Assembly (NCBI GenBank): GCA_963771175.1
Contig: CAVYSY010000032.1
Span: 64,001-128,000 of the forward strand
DNA from: an uncultured delta proteobacterium
GTDB taxonomy: Bacteria; Myxococcota; Myxococcia; Myxococcales; Myxococcaceae
Length of the DNA stretch: 64,000 nt
Direction: 5' to 3'
The position numbers and the translations under genes are program-made. The notes under the pieces are model-generated. The model did no database searches and was not told the origin of the DNA. It worked only from the letters and a program-made list of their open reading frames with translations. Below are positions 10,025-21,022 of the stretch, in pieces. The first letter of the stretch is position 1; each line of letters opens with the position of its first letter.

Positions 10025-11235
10025 ATGCCGGGCATGACAGAGACGGGGGAGAAGACGAGCAAGGCCGGGACGATCCTCACCCTCCTGGCGGTCGCCCTGC
10101 TGCTCCTGCTGGTGATGCTCGCTGGCGCGTACTGGCGCCTGGGTCAGCGGTTCCGGGAGGCCGGGGACGAGCTGGTCGCCGAGGTCCAGGCCCTCGCGAG
10201 CCTGCGCCGGGTACGCCCCGCCCACACGGACGCCCCGCCCCCCGGCTCGCTCGCCCAGGCCCTCGGGCCGCTGATGCCGGAGCTCCTTCGTCTCCACAAG
10301 GCCGAGCCCCGGTTGGAGGAGTCGATCAACGGCGCGTGCCGGGAAGTCCGTGAGGGGAAACGGCCCCTCGCGAAGCTGCCTCGGGAATGCCGCGAGGCGT
10401 TCGAGCGCGGCCGCCCGTTGATGCAACGCGCGCTCCTGGCCTCGCGGACCGAGGAGGCCGGTCTGCCCGAGGGGCTCCAGGCGCTCAGCGACCCCAGCCA
10501 AGAGTCGGGCACGGTGGCGCTACAGCATGTCGTCAAATTGGCCGCGCTCGAGGTGCGGTTCCAGCTCCAGGACGGACAGGCCGACGTCGCCCTGGAGACC
10601 TGCCTGGATGGGCTCGGGCTGGCACGGGACCTCGCACACGGCGGTGGGAGGAGCGTGTCTTCGGGCCCCTGTACGCGTTTGGCCGGCTGCTCGACCGGGA
10701 CCAGTTCGGCGCCCTTCCGGCCCAAGCGCGGGCCCTCGCAATGCAAGGCTCGGCCGACATGGGAGTGGAGATCCCCTTCGTCGCGCCCATCCTCATGCGC
10801 CACGCCATGGTCGAGTTCATGCGGCTCGAAGGGCAGATGGTTCCGCTCGTCGATCTCCCACTCTCGGTACGCGCCGGCCGGCTCGATGCGGTGGGCCGGG
10901 CCGCCGAGAGTTCGAGGAATCCCATCGTCAGCCAGGGCATGCCCGCCTTCGACAAGTTCGCCGCACGGGTGGACCAACAGCGGGCCCAGGTGGACCTGCT
11001 GCTCGCACTGGCGCTGGTGGAGACACACCGCGCCGAGCATGGCGAATGGCCCTCGACACTCCCGCCGCTCTACCCCGAGCGCGCGGTCCTGCTGCCCACG
11101 GCGTTGAAGCTCCAACCAGAAGGAGCGGACACGCTGCGCATCATTCCCGAGGAAGCGGACCTGCGGGAGCTCGAGGTCATCCTCGGCGCGGAGGGGCTGG
11201 ACCGCCAGGCGCTCAGCGTGACGGCGACCCCCTGA
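10025..11235 (+). CDS. Hypothetical membrane-anchored protein, frame break near 10650
   Basis: N-terminal TM in one frame, continuation in ORF 10387..11235 ending HRAEHGEWPSTL. Confidence 0.55.
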
Positions 11236-11336
11236 GCACCGGAGCCTGCGCCCCAAGAAGCAGGGCGCTCATCAGGCTACACCCTCCCCTGCATTCCGTT
11301 GACGGCTCTCCGCGCTGTCGTCATGGTGAGTGCATC

Positions 11337-12585
11337 ATGTCTCCGGAGCACCCACTTCCCCTCTCATTCGAAGATCCAGCACCTCTGCTCAGGTGGCTAT
11401 CAGGCGAAGGACCAGAGCCCGATCGAATCGAATTGCTCTATCTGGCCCATACCTGGGTCCGCCTTGTCATAAGCATGCGGTCGATCGAAGACCCTCGTGC
11501 CAAGACCGTAGTCGATAGAGCCACTGCGTTTCTCACGGCCTGCCTGGCAGGACAGGGCGGAGAGGCTGGCTCGTTATTAGTCAAAACACTGGTACGAGAT
11601 CCGAGAAAGTTCGATCCCAAGGCATTCGCGGACAGGTTCCGGCTTGAGCACGTCACCAGCTTCGAGCGGATTGAAAAGCTGGCCAACGAAATATCGCTCC
11701 GCCTTGTTCCATCCGAGGAACTGGAGGACACGCGGCATACGATTCGTTACGTGCTCATCGAACTCCTTCGGAACTCGGTGCAGCACAGCCATTGGCCCAG
11801 CGGGGGGGTGGTCGCTGCGGATCTTGGTGATGTGGGGCAGGGACAAAAAATGGTGCAGGTGACGGTAGCCGATCTGGGAATTGGAATTCCCACCAGCCTC
11901 CAGACGCTCCACCCCACGCTGACCAGCCCTGAAGCCGCGCTGGAGAAAGCTCTCTGGCCGCACATCTCCGGCACGTTCGAGGAGGGCCTGACTGGCACCC
12001 AGCAGAACGCGGGAATGGGCCTCTTCTTCATCGCCGAGATGGCGAAGCTCACGGGAGGAACGCTGCTCATTGCCTCGCGAGGGGCGACCCTGCTGCTCTC
12101 CGGCTACACGGATGAAGAGGGAGGTCACACGTTGCGGTTCATCGAGCCCCGTGGAACGGGCTTCCCTGGGACACTCGTCGTCTTCGAGCTTCCCGTGGGC
12201 AGTGTCGGGGACTATCCCTCGCTCATCGAGACCATCAAGGAACGAGCGAAGCAGCGGACTCCGGCTCGGACAACACACCGATGGATCCGGTTCGATCCCC
12301 GCCCCTTCAGGGGCCACGCGGATCGAAGTGCGCACCCAGGCGGAAGACACCTCGGCGGCCATGCGCGTGGCCCAGCAAGAGCTCACCCCTCGAATCTTCC
12401 AACGCGAGCCGGTGCTCCTCGACTTCGCGGGCCTGAACATCGTCACGCAGAGCTACCTGCATGCGCTCCTGTTCGAGCCGCTCCGTCTCGCATGGGCGCT
12501 GCGCACCCCCATCCACGTGGCGAACGTGGAACCGGCGGTACGCAGCACCCTCGAGCTCCTCGAGAACTACGCGCTCGCGGGTTGA
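11337..12585 (+). CDS. GHKL/HATPase_c protein fused to STAS-like (DUF4325) domain (frameshift ~12300)
   Basis: ELLRNSVQH, DLGIGI, NAGMGLF, FPGT boxes; C-terminal VLLDFAGLNIVTQSYLHALL. Confidence 0.7.
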
Positions 12586-12604
12586 GCCCCGACCCTGATG
12601 ACGC

Positions 12605-13522
12605 TCACGGCGTGTACTTCACCGTGCGCGTCACCCAGGACATGCCGCCGCGCCCGTCGCGCACCACCACCCAGAAGCGCACCTCCTGGGCTTGCGCGTC
12701 CTGCGGCGGCCGCCACTCCGCCCGGTGCCGCTCCTCCTCACCGTCGATGCCTGTCCCGCCCGTCTGATTGGGGGAGATCGTCCCCAGCGTGCTCTGCCAG
12801 GCCAGCTCCCACGACTCCTGGAGATACACCGGCTTCAGCTCGAAGGAGGGCACGATGTACTCCTCCTCCAGCGAGGAGAAGTCCGGCGCCTCCAGCTTGA
12901 AGGGCCCCGGGCCGGACAGCTCGCGCGGCACCTCCGCCTCCCACGGCTCGCCCTCCAGCAGCAGGCCCGGCAGCGCTGGCTGCACGTTGGGAGTCATCTC
13001 CGGGAAGAAGCGGCAGCCGTACACCATCAGCTTCTGCGCGTACACCTGCTCGCCGCCACCGCGCACCCACAGCACCAGCGGCAGGCGCAGGCCGCCCAGC
13101 CCGTTGTAGATGTCGTTCTCGAGCACCTTCTGCGCGAGGAAGGTGCCATCCGGCAGCCGTGCCGTGCCCGGGCCCGGGAAGAGGTCGATCACCAGCTCGC
13201 CGCCCTGGGTGATGCCGCGGGCCAGCTCCACCCGGTCCTTGGTGCAGGTGTCGTCGTCCGCGTCCGCGCAGGCCCACAGGGTGTAGTCGAGCTCGCGGCC
13301 GTTCCCGACCGGGTCCGGAATGAGCGCGGTGAGGCGCACCGGGCGCAGGAGCGCATCGGCGATCGCCGTGGGATCGGTGGAGCACGTCTCGGCGAAGACC
13401 TCCGGCGGATCCATCCGCATGGCGAGCACGCGCAGGTCCTTCACCTTCGACGGAGTGTCCTCGGGCCCCACGCAGCCAGCGCACAGCAGCAGGCCCAGGG
13501 CGGCGTACAGGAAGTGGCGCAT
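12605..13522 (-). CDS. Lipoprotein partner of the TonB-dependent receptor
   Basis: LLCAGC lipobox; DLRVLAMRMDPPE, VVVRDGRGG motifs; directly downstream of receptor. Confidence 0.75.
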   Translation of the reverse strand: MRHFLYAALGLLLCAGCVGPEDTPSKVKDLRVLAMRMDPPEVFAETCSTDPTAIADALLRPVRLTALIPDPVGNGRELDYTLWACADADDDTCTKDRVELARGITQGGELVIDLFPGPGTARLPDGTFLAQKVLENDIYNGLGGLRLPLVLWVRGGGEQVYAQKLMVYGCRFFPEMTPNVQPALPGLLLEGEPWEAEVPRELSGPGPFKLEAPDFSSLEEEYIVPSFELKPVYLQESWELAWQSTLGTISPNQTGGTGIDGEEERHRAEWRPPQDAQAQEVRFWVVVRDGRGGMSWVTRTVKYTP

Positions 13523-13524
13523 GA

Positions 13525-16194
13525 CTAGAAGCTCCCCTTGACGCCGACGACCGGGAGGATCGGGATGCCGGGCACCTCGAAGACCTCGCGGTAGCGGTAG
13601 TCGTAGAAGGTCGCCTCCACGTTGGAGGCGTTGTAGACGTTCTGCACGTCGACGTAGGCCGCGAGCGTCCAGCTCTGGAAGAGCCAGCTCTTCTCCAGCC
13701 GCAGATCCAACTGGTGGAAGGGCTTGAAGCGGATGGAGTTGGTGGCCCCGAAGGTGCCCGAGAAGTTGTTCCGGTCCACGTCGTAGCGGTCGAAGGTGTG
13801 CTGCAGCGGCGTGGTGGGCCGGCCGGTGACGTAGCGCATGCGCGCGCCCAGCTCCATGCCGTACGGCAGCCGGTAGCTGGCCACCGCGGTGAGGATGTGC
13901 GTCTGGTCCCAGGTCGTCAGCCGGTAGTCGTCGCCCCCCACGCGCCGCTGCTCGGAGCGGTTGAGCGTGTAGGCCAGCCAGCCGAAGAAGTCGCGCGTCA
14001 CCGCGTGCCGCAGCATCACCTCCACGCCGTACGCGCGCCCCAGCCCCCGGTTGGAGTACGGGAAGCGCGTCAGCGTGCCGTCCTCGTTGCGCACCGTGTC
14101 TCCCGGGGAGACGACCAGCTCGTAGCGCCGGTTGAAGTAGCCGGTGACGTCCACGCTGATGGCGTCGGTGAGCTGCTGCTCCACGCCGAGGCTCGACTGG
14201 AAGGAGCGCTCGTGGGTGAGCGCCGGGTTGCCCAGGGGCGCCGGCTCCAGGTTGAAGGCTTCCGGCGGCTGGCTGTAGAGGCCCAGGCTGCCCTTGAAGC
14301 TCGTCTTCTCCGTGGGCTGCACGCGCACCCAGAGGCGCGGGTCGTAGGTGTAGCGGTCGTGCCCGTAGATGCGGGCGTAGGTGGCGCGCAGGCCGGGCGT
14401 CAGCGTCACCGGCCCGGCCTTGAGGTCCAGCTCCGCGTAGAGCGCGCCGTCGAAGGTGTTGGCCACCCGCTTGATGGACTGCATCTCCACCTTCGGCTCG
14501 GCGCCGGGGAAGGGCGCGTACTGGATGCCGCCGATGACCGGGAGCTGTCCCTCGCCCACCGCATGCTCGAACCGCACGTCCGCGCCGGTGCGCGCGGTGA
14601 GCCAGGGCAGCAGCTCCAGCGACAGGTCCTCGCGGGCTCCGAGCGACCAGACGCTCGCATCGAGCTTCGTCTGGCCAAAGCCAAGGCTCGCCAGGTCGTA
14701 GCCCGCATACGGGGTGAACACCGAGGTGAAGCGCCCGAGGCGGTACGTCCAGTCACCCTTGAGCCGGTGGAAGAGCGTGCGCACGTCCACGGAGACGTCA
14801 CGGTTGCGCCCGCCGCCCGAGGCCACCACGTTCAGCAGGTCGTCCGAGCCGAAGGCCATCACGTACCCGGTGCTGCGCCCGCCGGGGCCCGGCTCGCTCC
14901 CGCGCTTCGCGCCGAAGTCCACCCGCACCTGGTAGTCCCAGTAGCGCGGCAGCACGAGCAGCGTGCCACCCTCGGGGTCCTCGGGCAGCACCACCGGCAG
15001 CAGCACGTCCACGTACGAGCGACGCGCGGCACCGGCCACCGAGATGCCCTCGGCCACGGGCGCCTCGACGAAGAAGCCCGAGTCCAACAGGTCCACCTTC
15101 ACCGAGCCGTGCAGCGTGTCACTGGCGCCCTTGCGTGTGGCCACGTCCACCGCGCCGCCCACCGCTCGGCCGTAGCGAGAGCCGAAGCCACCCGGGAAGA
15201 AGTCCACCCGGTCGATGAGCTCGGCGTTGAGCACCGAGGGCCCACCGCCCAGGTGGTAGAGCAGCGGCACCTCCACGCCGTCGAAGAAGGTGAGCGTCTG
15301 GTCCGGCGCCGCGCCGCGCACGATGAGCTGTCCGGAGATGAAGGGCGCTCGCGCCACGCCGGGCAGGTTCTGCAGCACGCGGATGGGGTCTCCGAAGGTG
15401 CCCGGCACCTTCTGCAATTCCTGACGCTCCAGGGTGCGGCGCACCACCTCCTTCTTCTCGCGCGCGCCACGCACCACCGTCTCGTAGCCCGGGGCCTTGG
15501 GCAGCAGGTAGAAGATGACCTCCGTCCTCTCGTCGGGAGCGAGCTCCTCCTTCGTCGTGAAGAGGTGGAAGTCGTTGGCCACCACGCGCACGTCACAGGT
15601 GCCAGGCGTCACCTTCAGGGTGAAGCGGCCCTCCGCGTCGGAGAGGGCCTCGGGTGCCTCGGGGTCGTCTCCGCAGCGCACCGTGGCTCCGCCCACGCGC
15701 GAGCGGCTGCCACGCGCCAGCAACTGCCCGGTGAGGGTGGCCTGCGGCGGGGGCGGCGGCGGCGCGGACTCCTCCACCTTCGGCGGCTGGAGGACGAAGT
15801 TGTAGACGTACTGGATTTGAATGGGGGCCGGCGCGCCGTCGACCTCGGCCGGAGTGAACTGGAACTGCCGCACCGCCGCGAGCGCCGCCTCGTCGAAGCC
15901 GTCACCGACGGGCTTCGTCACCTGCGCGTCGGACACCTGGCCCTTCTCGTCGATGGTGATGAGCATCTCCACCGACGCCGTCTTGCTGGCCGCGGCGGCA
16001 TCCGGCGGGTAGGCGGCTTCCACGAAGTGGACGAGCTCGGGTGCCTTCGTCAGCACCGGGGTATGGACACCCGCGTCCACCTCCTCCCTGCGTGCTCCTT
16101 CGTAGGCCTGAGCCCACGCTCGCGCGGAGGAAAGGGAGAGGACGGCGAGCAGCAGCCAGAGGGCGGAGCGGATCGGGGGCACGGTGACGGGCAT
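13525..16194 (-). CDS. TonB-dependent receptor with N-terminal TonB_C-like domain
   Basis: Signal peptide, YPPDA..FDEAALAAVRQFQFTPA, plug GDPIRVLQNLPGV, C-terminal GVKGSF. Confidence 0.9.
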   Translation of the reverse strand: MPVTVPPIRSALWLLLAVLSLSSARAWAQAYEGARREEVDAGVHTPVLTKAPELVHFVEAAYPPDAAAASKTASVEMLITIDEKGQVSDAQVTKPVGDGFDEAALAAVRQFQFTPAEVDGAPAPIQIQYVYNFVLQPPKVEESAPPPPPPQATLTGQLLARGSRSRVGGATVRCGDDPEAPEALSDAEGRFTLKVTPGTCDVRVVANDFHLFTTKEELAPDERTEVIFYLLPKAPGYETVVRGAREKKEVVRRTLERQELQKVPGTFGDPIRVLQNLPGVARAPFISGQLIVRGAAPDQTLTFFDGVEVPLLYHLGGGPSVLNAELIDRVDFFPGGFGSRYGRAVGGAVDVATRKGASDTLHGSVKVDLLDSGFFVEAPVAEGISVAGAARRSYVDVLLPVVLPEDPEGGTLLVLPRYWDYQVRVDFGAKRGSEPGPGGRSTGYVMAFGSDDLLNVVASGGGRNRDVSVDVRTLFHRLKGDWTYRLGRFTSVFTPYAGYDLASLGFGQTKLDASVWSLGAREDLSLELLPWLTARTGADVRFEHAVGEGQLPVIGGIQYAPFPGAEPKVEMQSIKRVANTFDGALYAELDLKAGPVTLTPGLRATYARIYGHDRYTYDPRLWVRVQPTEKTSFKGSLGLYSQPPEAFNLEPAPLGNPALTHERSFQSSLGVEQQLTDAISVDVTGYFNRRYELVVSPGDTVRNEDGTLTRFPYSNRGLGRAYGVEVMLRHAVTRDFFGWLAYTLNRSEQRRVGGDDYRLTTWDQTHILTAVASYRLPYGMELGARMRYVTGRPTTPLQHTFDRYDVDRNNFSGTFGATNSIRFKPFHQLDLRLEKSWLFQSWTLAAYVDVQNVYNASNVEATFYDYRYREVFEVPGIPILPVVGVKGSF

Positions 16195-16273
16195 GTATGG
16201 GGTCCTTGCCTGCCGGACAGCCCGCGACTCTACCCGCCTTCGCTCCAAATGCGGTTGCTCCCTTGCCGCTCCC

Positions 16274-17080
16274 TCACCGGAAGATGCCCCCTGGGGGCTT
16301 CCAGAGCAGGTAGCCGTGGTCGAGCAGCCATGCGTCGGTCGAGATTCCCACAACCTGAGAGGCCAGCCGGAGCACGGAGTGACGGAAGGCCTCGGGAGGC
16401 TCCGTGTGTCCCACCTCCCGAGCCTCCCGCCACGCCTCCGTCCAATCGGCGAAGAAGGCGTGGATGGGTTCTCCGGGCTTCACCCGGCGGCGGAAGTCCC
16501 GGGGCAGCCAGTCGCGGAAGAGGACGGGCGCGAAGCCCCGGCTGAAGTCGGTGTGGAACAGCAGGGCCTCGCGCGAGAGCCCCTCCGGAACGCGCCGGAG
16601 CAGGTGCGCCACGAGCACGGCCCCGGACGTGTCCGTGCTGCCCTCGACGAGCAGCCCCCCTTCGAGCAGCGCCGCGCCCACCTTCTCGTGGATGCCGGGC
16701 ACCTCCTCGGGGCGATACCCGCGCAGCAGGTTCATGGCGCGGATGAGGCGGACGGTCTCTCCGGGACACAGGGGCAGGTCGAACCCGCCCTCCCGGAAGT
16801 CGGTGAGGGCATCGGCATGGGCTCGGGCGGGCTCCACCCGCTGGGGCTCCAGCTCCACCCCCACCACCGGGAGCCTCGGGTTGACCTCGCGGAAGACCCG
16901 GGCGCTCTCGAGCGTGGTCCACGGGTGCTCGCCGAAACCGAGGTCCACGAAGACGGCCCGCGCCCACTCGCCCTCGTCGCGAGTCAGCAGCTCGCGCTCG
17001 GAGTGGAGCAGGAACATGTCGAGCGCTTGGAGGCGCTGGTGAGCCGTTCTTCCTCGCGTCTTCCTGTCCAGGGACGTCAT
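16274..17080 (-). CDS. Putative SAM-dependent methylase-like protein
   Basis: FVDLGFGE motif-I-like segment, KTRGRT, FREGGF, IRAMNLLR. Confidence 0.6.
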   Translation of the reverse strand: MTSLDRKTRGRTAHQRLQALDMFLLHSERELLTRDEGEWARAVFVDLGFGEHPWTTLESARVFREVNPRLPVVGVELEPQRVEPARAHADALTDFREGGFDLPLCPGETVRLIRAMNLLRGYRPEEVPGIHEKVGAALLEGGLLVEGSTDTSGAVLVAHLLRRVPEGLSREALLFHTDFSRGFAPVLFRDWLPRDFRRRVKPGEPIHAFFADWTEAWREAREVGHTEPPEAFRHSVLRLASQVVGISTDAWLLDHGYLLWKPPGGIFR

Positions 17081-17159
17081 GGCTTGGGGCCGAACCATGC
17101 CCTATCCCTGAGTCTCCCGCGCGCCTCGCGGGAGGACGTGGTGCGCGAGGGCTCCGACT

Positions 17160-17603
17160 TCAGGCGACAGACGCCAGCTGATCCACGGGGACGCGGTTCT
17201 GCGAGCCGAAGAGGGCCGTCTCCTCGTGTTCCATGTCGAGAAGGACGGCATGGGTCATCGCCGCGATGATCTCCCCGAGCCGCTGCGTGGCATGGACCGC
17301 GGCGATGCGCCCCGGGAACGAGGCGATCAGCGTTCGCTGGTGGACGTGGTTGTGCTCGACCTCCGCGAGGTGCTCGGCGGCGGGGCCATGACCCTCACGC
17401 GCGAGCTCCTTCAGGAGCCGCTCCTCGTCGGTCATGTGGCGCAGGAGCTCGTCGGTGAGCTGCTGGGCGCCCTTGCGCAAAGTCTCCTCACACGAGCTGT
17501 CACCCGCCGCCACCATCTGGGCCACGTCACCGATATCCACCAGCAACGCGCGGAGCATGTGGTGCTGCGCGAGAACCTGGTTCTTGAGGTCTTCGATCTT
17601 CAT
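17160..17603 (-). CDS. Hemerythrin-like domain protein
   Basis: QHH, HMTDEE, HNH, DMEHEE metal-ligand pattern. Confidence 0.75.
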   Translation of the reverse strand: MKIEDLKNQVLAQHHMLRALLVDIGDVAQMVAAGDSSCEETLRKGAQQLTDELLRHMTDEERLLKELAREGHGPAAEHLAEVEHNHVHQRTLIASFPGRIAAVHATQRLGEIIAAMTHAVLLDMEHEETALFGSQNRVPVDQLASVA

Positions 17604-17671
17604 GAGCGCTCTCCACCCCGGGGCATGGGGGATGCCTCGGGCCGCTATGTCCCGATTCGAAACCGGAGCAG

Positions 17672-17687
17672 TGCAAGGGATGGGCCG
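17672..17687 (-). promoter_or_regulatory. Candidate sigma-54 promoter for the hemerythrin gene
   Basis: cGGcccatcccttGCa: GG-N10-GC with TTGCA at -12, ~70 bp upstream of ATG. Confidence 0.35.
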
Positions 17688-17734
17688 TGCCGCTCGCTCC
17701 CCTGGGAAGCGACGTCCAGTCCAGGAGTACGAGT

Positions 17735-18496
17735 TCAGGACCGCGAAAATCTTGCGCGTCCGCTCACCGCTCCGGACACATCTTGCGCCGAGAACCGATA
17801 GAGGGCCGCGGGCTTCGAGGCCGTCCGCCGCACTCCTGGCGCCCTCTCCAGCACTCCGTCCTCGATGAGCCGCGTCACCTTCCGGCGGAAGTTCCCCGGA
17901 TCCTGCGGCTCGCCCTTCACCGCCGAGAACACCGTGCGCAGTTCGGGAATGGTGAAGGTCTCCGGCACCAGCGAGAACGCCAGCGACGAGGTGTCCAGCT
18001 TGTCCCGCATCCGCTCCAGCGCCACCCGGAGGATGTCCTCATGGTCGAAGGCCAGTGTGCCCTCGCGCAGTTCCGCCACCGGACTCCAGCACGTCTCCGC
18101 CGCGTCTCCGCCCGCGCGCACCCTCAGCGCCAGGTCCGACCTCACCAGCGCGTAGTACGCCACCGAGAGGACCCGCATGCGGGGATCCCGTCCCGGCCGG
18201 CCGAACGTGGCGAACTGCTCCAGCAGCACGTCCCCCACCCCGAGCCCCGTCTCCTCCTCCAGCTCGCGCGCCGCCGCCGCGTCCAGGTCCTCCCCCTGGT
18301 TCTCCACCCCGTCCCCTACCCGCAGGAAGCCACCGGGCAGCGCCAGCTTCCCCTCGAAGGGGGGCTCGCCCCGGCGCACCAGCAGCACGTTCAGCGCGCC
18401 GTCCAGCAGCGTCAGGATGACCAGGTCCACCGCCACCGCCGGGCGCGCGTATGCCGCCAGCGACTCGCGCGCCCGAAGGACTTCCGGTGCCCTCAC
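17735..18496 (-). CDS. nrtR: NrtR-family Nudix transcriptional regulator
   Basis: ALPGGF..AARELEEETG Nudix box, PGRDPR, LAFDH, FTIPEL..NFRRK wHTH; GTGA overlap with upstream gene. Confidence 0.85.
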   Translation of the reverse strand: MRAPEVLRARESLAAYARPAVAVDLVILTLLDGALNVLLVRRGEPPFEGKLALPGGFLRVGDGVENQGEDLDAAAARELEEETGLGVGDVLLEQFATFGRPGRDPRMRVLSVAYYALVRSDLALRVRAGGDAAETCWSPVAELREGTLAFDHEDILRVALERMRDKLDTSSLAFSLVPETFTIPELRTVFSAVKGEPQDPGNFRRKVTRLIEDGVLERAPGVRRTASKPAALYRFSAQDVSGAVSGRARFSRS

Positions 18497-19464
18497 ACGT
18501 CCACCGGGTCGGTGGTCCGTACCACCTTCATCCCCGCCTCCCGGAACGTCCGCATGGCCTCGTTCGCCACACGCGGGAAGTCCAGCCCCGGCGGCAGCGG
18601 GTCCAGCGGCGGCGCCGGCACCGGGCTCATCGCGTCCTCCAGGATGTGGATGCGCCCCATCTTCGAGCGGTCCGTCGCCTCGATGTGCTGCTTCAGGTCC
18701 AGCAGCGTCGACAGCACGCAGTGCGACTTCGCCTGCCCGAACACGTACACCCGGTCGAACGTCAGCAGGTGGTCGAAGAGGTCCTGGTTGAACTCGCCCA
18801 CCTTCCGCCCCGCCACCTCCGTCACCTCGGGCGACAGCACCGAGTAGTTCTCCGTCAGCGGCTCCTCGCCCTTCTGCTCGAAGCGCGTCTGCGTGTCCCG
18901 CGCCACCGAATGGAAGAGGCTCGCCTCCATCACCGCCGGCAACAGTGCGTGACTCAGTCCGCCGAGCAGCGCGTGGTACGGCCACACCGTCAGCACGTAC
19001 CGGCCCGTCGCCTCCAGCCGCTCGCAGTAGGCCAGGCTCTCCTCCGGGTAGCGCGTGGCCCGCCACTTCCCCGAGCGAATCTCCGCCGCCGTAATGGGCG
19101 TCAGCGGCGCCGGCTGCCGGCCCTCCGCGTCCGCCCACCACGCCGGGTGGAAGATTTGAAACACGCGGTGGGTGTCGAGCGAGAACACCAGCCCGGTGAT
19201 GCGATCCAGGTGCGAGTACAGCCAGCGCAGCGTGCGCTGCGTGTCCTCCACCGCGCCGGGGACGAAGAGGCTCGCCTCCGGCTGGCAGAACGCCACCTGC
19301 ACGTCGATGCCGAAGGCGGCGATGCGCACAGGGTCCTCGCGCGCCGGCTTCACCTTGTTGGCCACCGCGTAGCGGCGGGCCTCGTCGGTCACCTGCGCGG
19401 CTCGCTCCAGGTACAGCGCGCCCACGCGCTTCTCGTCATGGAACTGGGGAATGGGCAACGGCAT
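18493..19464 (-). CDS. Nicotinamidase (isochorismatase/cysteine hydrolase family)
   Basis: IDVQVAF, SLDTH, WPYH, GQAKSHCV catalytic Cys; NAD salvage context. Confidence 0.8.
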   Translation of the reverse strand: MPLPIPQFHDEKRVGALYLERAAQVTDEARRYAVANKVKPAREDPVRIAAFGIDVQVAFCQPEASLFVPGAVEDTQRTLRWLYSHLDRITGLVFSLDTHRVFQIFHPAWWADAEGRQPAPLTPITAAEIRSGKWRATRYPEESLAYCERLEATGRYVLTVWPYHALLGGLSHALLPAVMEASLFHSVARDTQTRFEQKGEEPLTENYSVLSPEVTEVAGRKVGEFNQDLFDHLLTFDRVYVFGQAKSHCVLSTLLDLKQHIEATDRSKMGRIHILEDAMSPVPAPPLDPLPPGLDFPRVANEAMRTFREAGMKVVRTTDPVDV

Positions 19465-19481
19465 GGCGTCCTCCTGGAAGA

Positions 19482-20946
19482 TCAAGAATGGTGCGCGGGG
19501 CCTTGCGGGAAGTGCCGCTGGCGCAGTTCCACCACCAGCGCCTGCGTGGCCGGCGTATAGGCGACACGCTGATCATCGGCCCCGGCCGGGGGAATGGCGG
19601 AGGCGGCCTCGGGCGTGGCTGCCGGAGAGCAGCGCAGTAGCCCTCGGGCACCGACTCTCCCTCCTGCCCGATGAGCCCGATGGGCCCCGTGCCGCTCCGG
19701 CGCCGGAACACCACCGGCACGCCCGGGATGCTCTGCTTGCCCTCGGCCAGCTCGTTGCCGAACTTCATCGTCGGCACGTGCGCCCGTGCTGCGACAGCTT
19801 GTAGACCGCCGCCACCCGGTCCCGCGTGAAGGGGCTCGCCATGGTGCGCGCCACGATGTAGCCGCCGTAGCCGTAGAACTGCTCCGACGGCTTCCAGCCC
19901 ACCTGGCTCCGCAGCTCCTCGAACTCGCGCGTGGCCTGCGCGTCGAGCCCGTCCTCGAGGATGTGCACCGGGCGGATGCCCAGCTCCTTCGCCCGCGACG
20001 ACCGCGTAGCGGTACTGCGCTTCTTGTCGCCCGAGTCGAAGCGGATGGAGTCCCCCGCGCTCGGGCTCCTCGTGGATGAGCCGGAAGGCCGTCGGCAGGC
20101 CCGAGCGCGAGCGTGTCGTAGGTGTCGAGCAGGTAGCTCGAGCGCTGCGGCCGCCGCTCGCGCATGGCCCGGAAGGCCGCCTCGTCGGAGCCGTAGCGCT
20201 GCACGTGCTCGTGCCCCATGGTGCCCACCGGAATCATCCCCAGCCGCTGCGCCCCGAGCACGTTGCTGGTGCGCGTCACGCCGGCCTCGCTTGCAGGCCT
20301 CGCAGCGCGAGCTCGTGCTGCTCCAGGCAGGTCGCCGCGCGCAGCCCCACCTCGAAGATGCGGCTCGGGTCCTCCACCACGTCCACCAGGTCGCGCACCA
20401 CGCGCCGCACCCGCGCGTGGTAGCCCTCGGCGTCCACCGTCATGGGCACGCGGCTTCACCCCCACCGCGTCCAGCGTCTCCAGGGCGATGTCGCTTCTGC
20501 TCCTCGCACGACAGCACCGCGAGCGCCTCGCCAGGGCCTCGCCGGTCCGCCAGCGCCTGCGTGGCCACCTGGATGCGGAAGTTGAGCTGCAGCAGCAGCG
20601 GCTCCAGCCACGACACCAGCGCCGAGGGCCCGGTCACCGAGAACACCGGCTCGCGCGGGTAGAAGCGCGCGCCCTTCGGCAGGGCGCGGATCGACCAGCT
20701 TGTCCCGGCGCTGGATGGCCGCCTTGAAGCCCGCGCCCATCTCGTAGCTCGTGCGCGGCCAGGTACGCGTAGTCGCTCTCGGTCGGCTCCGGGCAGCAGC
20801 GCGCGCACGTAGCACTCGAGGTCCAACGGCACCACCTGCTGCCCGCCCTTGCGGTGCGAGTAGTAGAAGGTCTCACGACGCAGCGGCCAGCCGGCCTCCG
20901 CCATGCTGAACTTGTAGCCGTCCGTCGCGAGCAGCGAGTTCCCCAT
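19482..20946 (-). CDS. Nicotinate/nicotinamide phosphoribosyltransferase (multiple indels)
   Basis: LLATDGYKFSM, SWLEPLLL, TSNVLGA..GTMGHE, LLDTYD, RDRVAAVYKL in successive frames. Confidence 0.8.
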
Positions 20947-20980
20947 GTGAACCTCCGGGGAGGAAATCTATCGAGTAGAG

Positions 20981-21001
20981 AAAGAGTCAGCAACACTCTT
21001 T
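20981..21001. promoter_or_regulatory. NrtR operator
   Basis: 21-bp palindrome AAAGA-GT-CAGCAAC-AC-TCTTT (GT-N7-AC core) 35 bp upstream of the operon start. Confidence 0.8.
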
Positions 21002-21022
21002 CCCCCTTGGGGGCGGGAATGG

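Noticed and set aside
13714..16545. Long antisense and alternate-frame ORFs (also 39158..40861, 41246..42745, 60178..61728)
   Set aside because: Shadow ORFs of high-GC genes with no family motifs.
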